64,000 bases of DNA from Bugula neritina (lineage: Eukaryota > Animalia > Bryozoa). The notes beneath the pieces are model-generated. The model searched no databases and was not told the origin of the DNA. It was given only the letters and a program-made list of their open reading frames with translations. Position 1 is the first letter of the stretch, and each line of letters opens with the position of its first letter. The stretch covers positions 4,976,707 through 5,040,706 of the forward strand of contig OZ037767.1 in assembly GCA_964035545.1 (NCBI GenBank), in the 5' to 3' direction. Shown piece after piece: positions 1-11,624 of this stretch. A program made the position numbers and the translations under genes.

Positions 1-106
1 TTTTTGAGGTGTAAAAATATTGTGTTTTATAATGATTCACTTGCTAAGTTATTTTTTATTATAAATCACTATAATACTATAAAATTTCTAATTATTTATG
101 TTGTAG

Positions 107-3100
107 AAATCAGATGATGAGCTGACATTGGAGGAAGCTATGTATATCAGTGATGCCGCAACCGAAGAAGATGTTGACGCTGGTGACAAGGACTCGGCAG
201 CAGCTAGCGATGACAGAGTAGTTGGCCATCGTAAGACTTCGGAGGAAGTCTCCTCCCACATGGAGGAGAACTGCAAAGGTATGAAACTTGGGATTCGTCT
301 TCTCACAGCTCAGTTGATGTAGAATACTTTAGAGTAGTTTAAAGACCTTATACTCTGGTAAATGTTCTTTTTTTTACCGAAGAGTTTATGATTTTGATGA
401 AAAGCGGAGCTTTAACTCAAAATGTGCTGCAGGAATAAAATAGCTCGACAGATTTCATGTTTTTCTCTTAGAGACATCACATTTGACTGAACGTTTTATG
501 CAAGATGTGGCCAGTTAATATTTAAGTTATCAGGATTCCCTATTGTTTTGCTGCAAAACAACAATTGCTCGTGCTGGTGAATTTCTATTGGATAAACCAG
601 TGTTGGGCTGAGGCTGGATACATTATACATTGTTAAACATCTGAGCAGATGAAACCCATTTAGATGAAATTGAGATAGCCTAGCTCTTTAATTTTGCTAT
701 TAAATTTTGGTTTGGGGTTCGAGGTGGAATTCTTGCGATAACATAGCTTCTTTTGCTACATGTCTAATCTAGAACACAGGCTATTACCAATTTCTCCATT
801 AGTGCACCTACCTCGTGAAAACTGACACAGTTCATATCGCTGCCAGTGTGATTCATATCAGCTGACCTTGCGTGGTAGAGTAACTTCTCAAAGTATCTTG
901 CTAATTGTGTGCAAAGCAGTACAGCAGTAGAGGGTTGGCATTCATTTGTTACCATTGTATATTTTTCAATCCTATAAGGTTCTCATAGGTCTAAATTTCT
1001 AGTTAGTTATAAACTTTCTATTTTCTGTTGTTTATTTAATTAAAATAATTACATAATTATAAATATTTTAAATCCGAGAGTTGCTATTTTTATTATGTTG
1101 TAAATATTATTTGCATGCAACTAACACAATGCCATGCCTTGGCTTACTTGTGGCTCAATCACGTCTGCTTATGAACAGATTGATATATTTTCTAGAGATG
1201 AATAAAGAAGCAGTGAATAAATGCAAAGCTAAAGTTCAAAATGTTCAAGACAGGTGTGTTAACAACAAGCAGGAGATATTTCAAAATGCCGACTTCGTAG
1301 TTCCCAATGCTTGTGATCTCTCACCGGACGACAGCGAATGTGATCAGATGGCTTGTATGTTATATATAAGTATCGTGATGTAATCCTATGATAGTTGAGA
1401 TATAATTTAGGTGACTAAGCCTATCATAATGCTCGTCAGTTTTTTTACAAAATAAGATGTAATGTTGTATTACGGTATTTTAATAAAATGTAGCATTTAT
1501 GTAAACTTGTTTAACATAACTTCTTCTGAATGAGATAGGAGCAGTCGAGTTTTACATGCATTGTTCAAATAGGAGAATTTGTTAGCCCGTGTACATTGAC
1601 TCATACAAGTTTCTGCTGCTAGCCGCAACATCTATTATAAATTCCATGTCGCCCAGGCTAATAGTTGGTGTCAGATCTGAATTACCTCTGCTTTTACAGC
1701 TAAAGGCGATGTTGATGCCGAGTGTGACGCCTCAAATCGAGGAGCCGACCTCGGCAACGCTTTGGAAGATTACGAGAATGTCGTGTCCAGCAACGAGGCG
1801 GGAGTTGCTGAAGAAGTGAAATTTTCTGTCGAGGTAGGACAACTCCATCTTTTCTGTGTGGTACTTAGAATAGATGTGTTTAGTTTGAATGATTGAATAA
1901 GATATTTATATAAGAATGAAATAAAGTTTGATGGCAGGGGAAATTAGTTGTGACTCCATTGAATACTAAATACAGCTCAACTTGATGCATTTGAAAAATG
2001 TTTCAAAATATGCATCTATCAATTAGTATTTGCAATACTTATCCTTCAGTATTTTCTTCCTGTTTTTATCCCAGTGTGCTGTAGGAGTTGTCTTGCCTAC
2101 TATCTTTTTACTCCTCCAGGAGTTGTCTCTCTAATGCTTGTACTCAAGAACAGTATCAGTCACGGGTTGATTTCCTCTGTTATTTTATGACAGGAAACAA
2201 CGTACGACAGGAAGGTGAACCAGACGTCCAGGGAGGATGTTGCTAAGGGGGTGCAGCAGAAGTTTGATGTCAACAGACGAAGGGTGGAGTTTGTAGCCAC
2301 AGCGATTCGTAGACTTCTAGCATTTTCTTTTTTGCTGGTGGTCAGACGGGCGTGGAAGTAAGTTGCTGTTATGAATGAAGCAGTAAAAAGGCCATAAGTC
2401 ACCACTACTGCTACACTTTCAGTATTTATATAATACTCGGTATATAGTACGGTGTAGTGTAGTACAGTATGTAATATAGTATAGTGTAATATATTATCGT
2501 ACATGTATAGTGTAGTGTAGCATAGTATATAGTGTAGTATAGAGTGTAGTATACTATACAGTATTCGTTCAGTGTTTTAATGCTAATTCTATAACAACAC
2601 ATTTGGATTTAGCAACTTTATAGTTATTCTGCATATTTGTCCAATAAAATATCACAGTGATTTGTTTATATAAAGAGTATGCGTTGGCGGTTTATTCATG
2701 TTGTAAACTCTTTCACCCTTGTGAGATTGTGAATATACTCCATATATATGTTCAATTATGTGCTAGCTCTGAGATGAAGTTTCTATCTGAAACAGTCATA
2801 GTTCATCAGAATTGTCATAAACCTCAAGTAAATAAAGAATTTTGGCTAAACTTACACTATCATGAAAAATGTCAAATTATTGCGTATTAGTTGAAGTGCT
2901 GCATTTTTGCGTTACTACCAATGATATACATGACTATATAATTTATATGCTTATAAACTTTTTATTTTATATGTGTATATTATTTGATGTCGTATATTAT
3001 GTGGGCAAATTTTGGGTGAACAGGTATAACTTCAACTACAGAACTGATATTCAATTTGACAATATTTACGTGACCGCCTACTTTCGAAAAATTGATCAGA

Positions 3101-6100
3101 GGCGTGCTGCGAAGGTGAGTCGTTTTTCATCCACTAACTATGTGGTTGGTATGACAAATATCTTTCATATGAACTTAGAAGTTTCCACTGAATCTCTCTT
3201 AGCACTATCTTCCAACGCGGTATGTTTATCGAATTTCACATGCCTCTTATTCACTGCTCTTTCTATAGTAACTTTATGCTGAAAAACACTCACTCGAGTC
3301 ACCATCCCTCCAAGAACCACTTATGAAAATGATTTTTGTTTAATCGGGCTAAGGACTTATTTAGATGAGGCACAGGAGAAATTATGACTGAATGCCCTTC
3401 CTCACATCACCTCTGGCATTTGTACTCAAACCACTGTTGTGTTTCACTAAGCGAGTGCTCTAACTACTCTAGGCTGATACCTAGTATTTTCATGCTAGAC
3501 AAGACATAAACAAGTGTTACCCATGCCTTATAGTTGGTGCTAATTATTTGATTATTTGTTTCTGACATTGAGTTGTTTGCTAGAAATTGATTACAAAACC
3601 ATTGATATTTTGAAAGATTATAATATAAGACATCTATTTTTAGAAAACTAAAGTATTGCTGCCCTTGCGCCCAATAGAAAAGAAGCAAATTATACTTCTG
3701 AATTCACCAAAACTAGTGGCCGCTGAAAAAAAGAGCCTGGTATGGGTTTATATGTTTTTCTTATAGTAGGTGCTTACAATAGTTAGTTACTATATGCTTG
3801 TAATATGTGCTTATAATAGTTACTGTGTGCTTACAATAGATGCTATAGGCTTATAGTGGCGGATGTATACTTACAGTGAATGCTTATATTACTATATATA
3901 TACTTATAGTTAATATGTTCTCTATGCTTGTAATAGGTATTGTATGTGTGTAATAGATACTGCGTGCTTTATATGCTGCTAATCATTTTACGCCTCGAGA
4001 GTATTAGAAGTTTAGTTATATACATGACTGAACTTCTACAATATTGGTTTCAGCTCAAGAATCTAATTATGTGGGTTCTGCGATTGACAGTTACCAGTTT
4101 GATCATTTTGATGGACTACATCTTACACGAAGTTCTTACCATTATTAGAACTCACGCTAAACTGGAAATCAAGAAAAACAGTACGTGCAACTCCACTAGT
4201 TACGTTTTTCACCTACTTTGATAGTTTTTTGACAAAACCGTCGTCTTTGGCCAGTATCATTTTTATATGGTTGTGTTTTCCTAGCCTTTAGCATATTAGA
4301 AGTGTACGTTGACGGTACGGGTGGTGTGTCAGACTCTATCCGTGACATGGTCGCCGGAATGAACTACACCTACATGTCTAATGAGACCATCACAAATGAA
4401 GGTAATTAATTGGATGTTTCATAATAGTTTTAGCCACTGAGGCGTAGTCTTCAAAATGCTAATTAGACGATAAAAATGTAAAGGCCCAGTTGAGGTCAAG
4501 GCTGTTTTCACTTTTCAAATGAGCAAAACAGTAAGTTAAAATAAATTTTAGATTTTTAATGTATCGGATATTTTCACTTCTGTCTCACTAAATTTTAGCT
4601 TTCAGCTGGTGTTTAACTTGCATTGAAAGTAAAATATGACTAGTTATAATACCAGACCTGCTTTAGAGGTTTGTATTGTTCACTGACCAATTTTCTATCT
4701 GTATATTTTGTAGTTTGTCTCCCCATGCCAACGATGTTGCCAACTTTACTCATCAGAAACATCTATCTCATATTCGGTGCCCAACTGGTCATGGCATTCT
4801 TTGAAGCTTATGGGCTGAGAATGAGACGATTTATCGCCTCAATATTTTATCACAAGGTTTGTCCAAGGACAGGAGGGGTGGGAGGGGGCTCCTAACTTAA
4901 AGAATCTATCAGACTTGCAAATAATAAACATCCGTGTAGATTTATGAAGTGTAAAATGGAAATATATTCTATCAAATTATAGAGGGAGAAGAAGAGAATT
5001 TTATATCTGTACAATGATATGCAAAAAAGGAGGAAAGTCAACCTGCACCATGCGAGACAGCAAGTTAGAAACAAAGCCCTGGAGCATCTTTTAGAGGTAA
5101 GTGGGCATACACAGCTCCAAGTTAAATCTCTACACATTGCTTGTAGTGTGACATAATTCTATTTCTCTCTCTCTTTCTAATCATCGTCTCTCCCCCCCCC
5201 CCTCTCTCATTATATTATTTTTATTATCAATAGCCTAGACTCGATGACTCCATATATTATAGACTAAGCTCATAGGAAGTTCACCACATACTAGCTATCC
5301 CCGTGGACATAGTTAATTTGGCTGCTAAAATTATTCGTCAACACTCGCTTAATTTCAACTGGTTGTTTTTCACTATTCTATACACAGGCTGAGGGAGGCT
5401 TTAAATTACTCCCCTGCTTAAAACCAAGCCAGAAAAAGAAACGGTGCATAGTGTGCGATGCGAAACTCAAAGGAAATGAGGCGCAGATATGTCCCAAAGA
5501 CAAATGTCACCTGTTTTATTGCCAAGAGTGTTGGCAGGATATCAAGGTAGGTATCTCGGGCAGTTTTTTAACAATTCTGGTCACCAGAATCAAATTTCAG
5601 TATGCGATACAAATCTCTTGCAAACTACAATTTTTTTTCAAAATTCATCGCCAACGATCACATCAAAGATCAGCCTAAACAGTGGTTTGTGCAATTAGTT
5701 AACTTTTTATGCAAGTGTTTTATTGAATGACAGCACCAAGTACTCAGTAACCATATTTGGCAAGATTCACACGTTAACACATTTCGGACATCTATGCTCT
5801 TGCCTCCCCAAAATATTATGCTAGATTTCGCTATATATCATTTTAGTTTACTCTCTTCACCCCAGTTTTCTTTCATTTAAAATTTGTTGCATGGAAAAAT
5901 GCACAAATTATATTAGCTGGAGTACTGGCAGCTATCAGGTGTTCACCCATTGCAGACTTAAAGAGGCTATCTAATAAGATATCCCAGTATTCAATGTTTA
6001 GGTCTTGCGCTAATGCAAGGCTTTACCACATATGTGGATCTGATTGGTGAGACAACTGCTAATGGTGGCATTTACCAGTGTGGAGTTCCGAACTCTAACT

Positions 6101-6580
6101 CAACTCAAGAACTGCACTATTGTCACCCCCCCCCCCCCCAACTCAGAGACCGATTCTAGAATCCAGAGACATTTGCCCACCAAAAGCATAACTTGAATTC
6201 AGTCTGTTTTACTCGGCTGGTTTTGTTACTTCAAGTTATTAATAATTTTCATACCATCACTTGCAAGGCCACTCTCATTTCTCTACACTTAATGAAGGCA
6301 ACACTGTCCATTTTAAATGAACAGCAATATCTTTTTATGTACTATTATTAAAACTCCTCCACCAAAAGTAAGCAATGGGTGTATACATGGGCAACAAAGT
6401 TATTAATACTGAATTATATCTCAATTGTTATATTGTTTTGCATTGATTGATAGTGGTTGTGCTTTCCATTGTTACTTGTGCTTTGTGGTTGTTTTTTAGG
6501 GTTATTGTCTTGGTTGCACAAGTCCAACAGAGCTGGATAAAGTTTTATCAAACCTAGTTCTTCAAGAAAAGAAATCGTAG
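107..6580 (+). CDS. DCST1: DC-STAMP domain protein with C-terminal RING-like finger (DCST1/sneaky/SPE-42 family), 5' end outside the window
   Basis: Phase-consistent exons 107-278, 1196-1354, 1700-1833, 2194-2357, 3024-3114, 3644-3739, 4054-4180, 4285-4401, 4714-4856, 4983-5096, 5388-5546, 6500-6580. Motifs: YRTDIQFDNIYVTAYFRKIDQRR, LLPL, VDGTG, CLPMP, MRRFIASIFYHKREKKRILYLYN, and CIVC..CPKDKC..YCQECWQDIK|GYCLGC*. DCST1 versus DCST2 is a best guess. Confidence 0.88.
2415..2560. repeat. Degenerate (TAGTG/TAGTA)n pentanucleotide repeat in a DCST intron
   Basis: tagtgtagtgtagcatagtatatagtgtagtatag... visible directly. Confidence 0.7.
3770..3980. repeat. Degenerate minisatellite (core tgcttayaatag) in a DCST intron
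   Basis: Recurring gtgcttacaatag / atgcttgtaata / gtgcttataatag units. Confidence 0.6.
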
Positions 6581-6743
6581 CAGATAGACAACTTTTATTC
6601 AATAGAAGACACAATAAATAGCTTGATGAACTCGCTACCTTGATGTACAACATTATAGTTATAGAACATACATATATGCCAGTGTACACAAAGTAAAGGG
6701 CAATAAATTAAAAACCCCATTCACCTACATGTGTGATGTTGTT

Positions 6744-9700
6744 TTACTTAAACACATTACCATCATAATAATCTTTAAATTCGCCATAATCTCCCTCATA
6801 CAACAAATAAGTAGTTATAGTTTTTTTATCTGCTTCATTGTGGAAGTCTAGCTGCCTCCAATCATAGGATGGTGCATCCACATTCATGTCTTCAGATAAC
6901 TACAAAAAAGTCTCTGAGGTATTTATCACTGTAGGATAGTACTATCAACGGATACAGAGACTTACTTATACACAAATTCATACAATGTATTGAATGCACA
7001 ACAGCTTTTGGATTTAGTGTAGATATATCTGGAGCATAGAACAGCACTGGCCACATATATTTGAGGTGTGGCACTGCAACAAGACCGATACGAGCCCTAC
7101 ATGCTCTTCAGTACCAGTTGCTGAGAAAAAGTTCGATGAGCTGATAAAACTAACAAGTGGCTCACCTGACCTCAGGCGCTTTGAATGAATAATACGTGGT
7201 CAATAAAATGGTGATTCACAACATACCATCAGGCACATAGCTAATAAACTAGTTTATCAAAATGAAACATTTAAAAAACTCACACTGAAAGGCAGAACTG
7301 AGCCCTTGCTGATGAAGAGAGCACGTATAGTCTTTTTACCGTCTTCAGAAAAGTAGAAAAATGTACCAAATCCATTTTTCCTCAAACCATCAAGTCGCTG
7401 CATAAAACCTACAGTAATGAAATACCCTCTCAACTGACCATTGATACAGAGAACAGCGCACAAGAGCTTTTACTAATAAACATTAGCAAGATTTTGCCAA
7501 GATAGAATAAACATACCTCCAATGAGATTTATATTTATAAAATCCTGGGCATCAAAGTGATGTAGATACTCTTCTTTGTATGTTCCAAACCATATAGAAT
7601 ACTTCTCTGGGTCAAAATGCTCCCAAAACCAAGGTAAAGCCACCTTAGAAATGCAAATAACACAGATAACCTTTGCAATATTATAGAAACAGTAGTTTAG
7701 GGTAACAGAAAAATATTTAGTGGTATAGAACACCAATATGCAAATACGTACAGATGCAGTATCTTCATTTGAGTAAACCTTTTTCCACTCATCCATAATG
7801 AATTTATCGCTGTTGGGAAATTGGTCAAAAGGATTTTTAGATTTCTTAGGCTCAGCGGGCTACAAAACATATTACAATAAAAACCAGTAAAAGGTGAAAG
7901 TTGTATTAATATAAGCAGTAAACAAAACTGGAATAACAACTCACAGGGGCTGCTGCTTCCGCAGGTGGCTTGTCTGCCTTAACCTCTGCTTTCGGAGCTT
8001 CTGCTTTGGGTTTCTTTTCACTAACAGCTTTCTTCTTACCACCGGATATCTCTGCATATTTTTTTGCTATAGAATACGAAGATGGTTTGTCAACACTTGA
8101 ACTATGTGCTATACATATAAACAGAGGGGACACACTTTGCTCAGGATGTCAATTGTCTTCAGATACTTGGTATCAGGTGAAGAAATTCAAAAGGTTTATC
8201 ATCATAACAAAGCTCGACAGACAACAGAACTAGGCCACCTATGCAATGTTTGTATCACTGCAATACCAAGTTGATATATATCATTTTAAAATAAATCATT
8301 TATTCTATTGAAGTTGTCACACCCATGAATTGAATACAGAAAGTGCTAAACTTGTACATCTTAATACATCAAAATGAGACCACATAGATCGGAAACTAAC
8401 CATCAAATTGAGCCATTTTGACGCACATCTTGAATGCTGGCAAAGCTTTCTTTACTTCTGCCTGTCCAGTAACTGTTTCAAACCATTTATTGACTACTTC
8501 AAAAGGAGATCGGAAAGCTGGATCCATGACCCACTCATACGCCAGGAGCAGAGTGGTGGCAACACTGATGTCAGCAAGAGTGATGGTGTTACCAGCCAGG
8601 AAAGGCTGAGCAGTCAGCGCGCTCTTCAACACTGACATAACAGCTAGAATATCTTCCTTTGCTTTTTCAGTATTCTATAAGTCACAAAATTATTTCCTGA
8701 CTACTTTGGCGCAATTGAGATTCTGAATTTCAGTTGTTTAGAACAGTTTAAAAAGGTTTTCCCCTGTAGACTTACAGTTTTGTTGAACTGCATGAATCCC
8801 ATGCATGGGAAAACCCAAGTACACACAGCTGGCATGATCTCTTGGTCAGCAAAGTTCATCCACTGCATGACCTTTGCTTTGGCCTCAGCGGTGGAGCCAA
8901 GCAGTTGGTCATTGGCCACAAACGAAGCAATAGCATTGCTTTCGTTCAGGCACACTCCAGATGATGACTCAAAAGCTGGAACCTGCAATGTTTTTAAATA
9001 TTTGACAAGGAATTATTATATCAGGTTTGCACAACTGCACTTTCCGAAGTCTGGTTAGATAAAATTTAGATAACTAGCAATTACCAAACTAATCAGATAA
9101 TTACTTGCAGCTTGGTACTCGTGCTACTGCTTTGATTATTATGCTGTTATAAATCTACAGTCTGAAATTTTACACTAGTTGGACTGATAGAACACATTTT
9201 GATTTTTAATCATTTTACTATTAATAATTGTTGAGTCATGAGCATTAGTAAAAATTGGCAGGTTTAGATTTTGTCCTTGAGCCCATGAAAGTTGAAGTTG
9301 GTGCTTCACTTAGACTTTAATCAAGTACCCTAACTCTAAGCGCCATGCAATTTATATTACTTGTTTCCTCAGAGTTGACAATTCTCACCTTTCCCAGAGG
9401 AAATTTTGCCAAAAATTCTGGGGTTCTATTAGTTGTGCCAAATTGGAAGCTGGCATCTACTTTCAAGTTGAACCCGCTGTAATTGGCTGCGGCCAAAACC
9501 TTGTAGGCTCTGAAGTTTTCTGGGTAGGTGTAGAGTGTCTGAAATGCAAAAACAATTTGCCACATTTAAAAACAACTTTACTAATAATAAATAATCATTT
9601 AAATTAAACTATTTAAAAATTAAAATTGATGTCTGCAACCAATGAAACACAGCATACAGAAAAAGTATCAGTGCAACGATAAAGTTGCATATTTTTATAC

Positions 9701-9856
9701 CCTATTGAATGACACAAAACTGATGAACAGTAACATGTAAAGTGTTAGGGAATACGAAAATATTTCTAATTATAATTGATGTAGAAATCAGTATACACAA
9801 TTGTTAAGATAAAAACCGAAAATGAATGATGAGAAAGTACATACACCTGCGGCCAT
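6744..9856 (-). CDS. EEF1G: Elongation factor 1-gamma (GST-like N domain plus EF1G C domain)
   Basis: Exons (minus) 9856-9845 MAAG, 9538-9389 [19 protein letters not shown], 8982-8776 VPAFE..ESNAIA, 8674-8401 TLADI, 8066-7945, ~7859-7752 [13 protein letters not shown], ~7643-7516 [10 protein letters not shown], ~7408-7284 FMQRLD, 6899-6744 [23 protein letters not shown]. Confidence 0.97.
8135..8212 (-). ncRNA. Intronic box C/D snoRNA, U36C (SNORD36)/snR47-like, predicted guide for LSU rRNA 2'-O-methyl-A in GUGAAGAAAUUCAA
   Basis: Minus strand: ctttgtt-ATGATGA(C)-taaaccttTTGAATTTCTTCAC-CTGA(D')...gacatc-CTGA(D)-gcaaag. Has a terminal stem, a 14-nt guide complementary to conserved 28S GUGAAGAAAUUCAA, and lies in an intron of a translation-factor gene in sense orientation. 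Confidence 0.85.
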
Positions 9857-9860
9857 GATT

Positions 9861-9873
9861 GAAGAGGAAAAGG
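9861..9873 (-). promoter_or_regulatory. Probable TCT initiator / 5' TOP tract of eEF1G
   Basis: Minus strand ccttttcctcttc immediately before aatcATG; typical of translation-apparatus genes. Confidence 0.6.
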
Positions 9874-10179
9874 ATGTTCGTGTTAGGTGCGCAATGTTAC
9901 TAACAGAATTAGCCTATGTTATCTACGTTCGTTACTTTCGTTACAATCCGAACATTAACCGGCAATAAACTTTACGATACGATAGTCTGAACAAAATAGT
10001 GAAATCGAACCACTGTATTATTATGAATATCTATTAGTATTAATCGATTGGTAACCCAATGTTCAATCATTTCGTAAACATCATTACTGTAATTACAAAA
10101 ATATTTAGTGAATTTGTAATACTTCATTTCTTACAAATGTTGGCGTAAAAGCAATAAACATTATTGAAGCTATGAAAAT

Positions 10180-11050
10180 GATTTACTTTTAGTTTTACTT
10201 TTAGTTTTAGCCATTTAATTTTATTTTCGTTTTCATTTTGCCTTTTGAGTTTTGGGATTTACATACTGATACCCATACTGATGATAGTGATACTCATACA
10301 TTACATCTCTATCACTGTATTGGTATGAGTATCAGTATGAGTATCAGTATGATACTCATACTGATACAGTGATAGAGTCAGAGTCAGAGTGCGATAGTGA
10401 TACATTATGATTATCATTATGATTATGATTAACAATAACTATAAGTCAAGTGTAAGTGTAACTGATTAGTTTAAGTTTAACCATATGAAATGGAATCAAC
10501 TTCATATAGTTTAAGTTAACCTTGGAGTTAGAGTAAAAGTTAATTGAATAATAAAATTATTAAGTCATTATCATAATGATAGTGATAATCATGTCATGTC
10601 GATGTTATACTTATTCAGTTATTGTATTTGTTATACTTCATTTTATAGTTATTCAGTTATTGTTAATGTTAGACATTTTGATTTTATAATTATTTGATAT
10701 TTTAGTTTACGATACAAAACTTTACAGTTTACTGTAACTGTTAGTGTTACTGATATACTTATTCATTTACTTTTACTGATTACATCTACTACTTCTACAC
10801 TCTCACTTTGAAAGTGACTTTCACTTGGACTTACAGTTGCTCTTAGCCTTACACTTAGAGTTAGTCTTACAGTTGGAATTACACTTAATGACTTACTATT
10901 TTCACTGGTGGTGATACTGATACTAAGACTGCGAGTAATACTAAAAGTAAGTCTAATAAAATAATGCTAATAGTAATTCATTTTCATTTTATTCAAGTTT
11001 AAAATTAACTCTCAAGTTGAAATTATTTTCAATTGCTTATTTCTTTAGCA
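10180..11050. repeat. Degenerate 6-nt periodic tract in the inferred first (5' UTR) intron of calcineurin B
   Basis: tga gta tca gta tga tac tca tac tga tac; agtcagagtcag; attatgattatcattatg; ttacagtttactgtaactgttagtgttactg. Confidence 0.7.
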
Positions 11051-11624
11051 AATTAAGGTTTCATATTTATATTATGGCAATGACGTTCATACCTATACTC
11101 ATAACAATTTATTTTAATTTAAGTGCTTGTAAGAAAATTTGAAATGGTGGCCTTTCATGTGTTAGAATAGCCAAGAAGCTGTAAAAAACAAACTCAAAGC
11201 TAAAAAAAGCTAAAGGTAAAATGAAGCTATGAACAATCGAGACCTTAGGCTATTTTCCTGTCACAACCAGATACTGGTGTTGTTTATCTTATCTGTTTTT
11301 TTTTCTGTCTTTACTGATTGGTGACTAGTCATCATGACATTTTTAGTCTATATCAATGACCAATTTTTCATGAGTTACATTTGACTTTGTCACAATTACA
11401 ATATGAATATGACTCCGTTAGAATTTATGTTGAAATCCCCCTAAAAGTTTTTTCCATCACAGATTCTAATTAAACATTTCAGATATATTATTTGTAAGTT
11501 AAATGTCATACTATTTTGTTATAATAAAATTATTTTTTGTTTCAGGCTGTTTTCATTGGACTGAGCCATTAACCTCTATAGATTCTCTTTATTCTGCAAC
11601 AAATAACATCATAAACTATACAAC

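Noticed and set aside
534-577. Possible extra DCST exon
   Set aside because: Exon 107-278 splices in frame to 1196 without it, and its phase does not fit
7020-7236. Possible further snoRNAs in the last eEF1G intron (TGATGG...CTGA; hairpin gagcat..atgctc)
   Set aside because: Box C is degenerate, I recognise no rRNA complement, and the H/ACA architecture is unconvincing; worth an Infernal scan only
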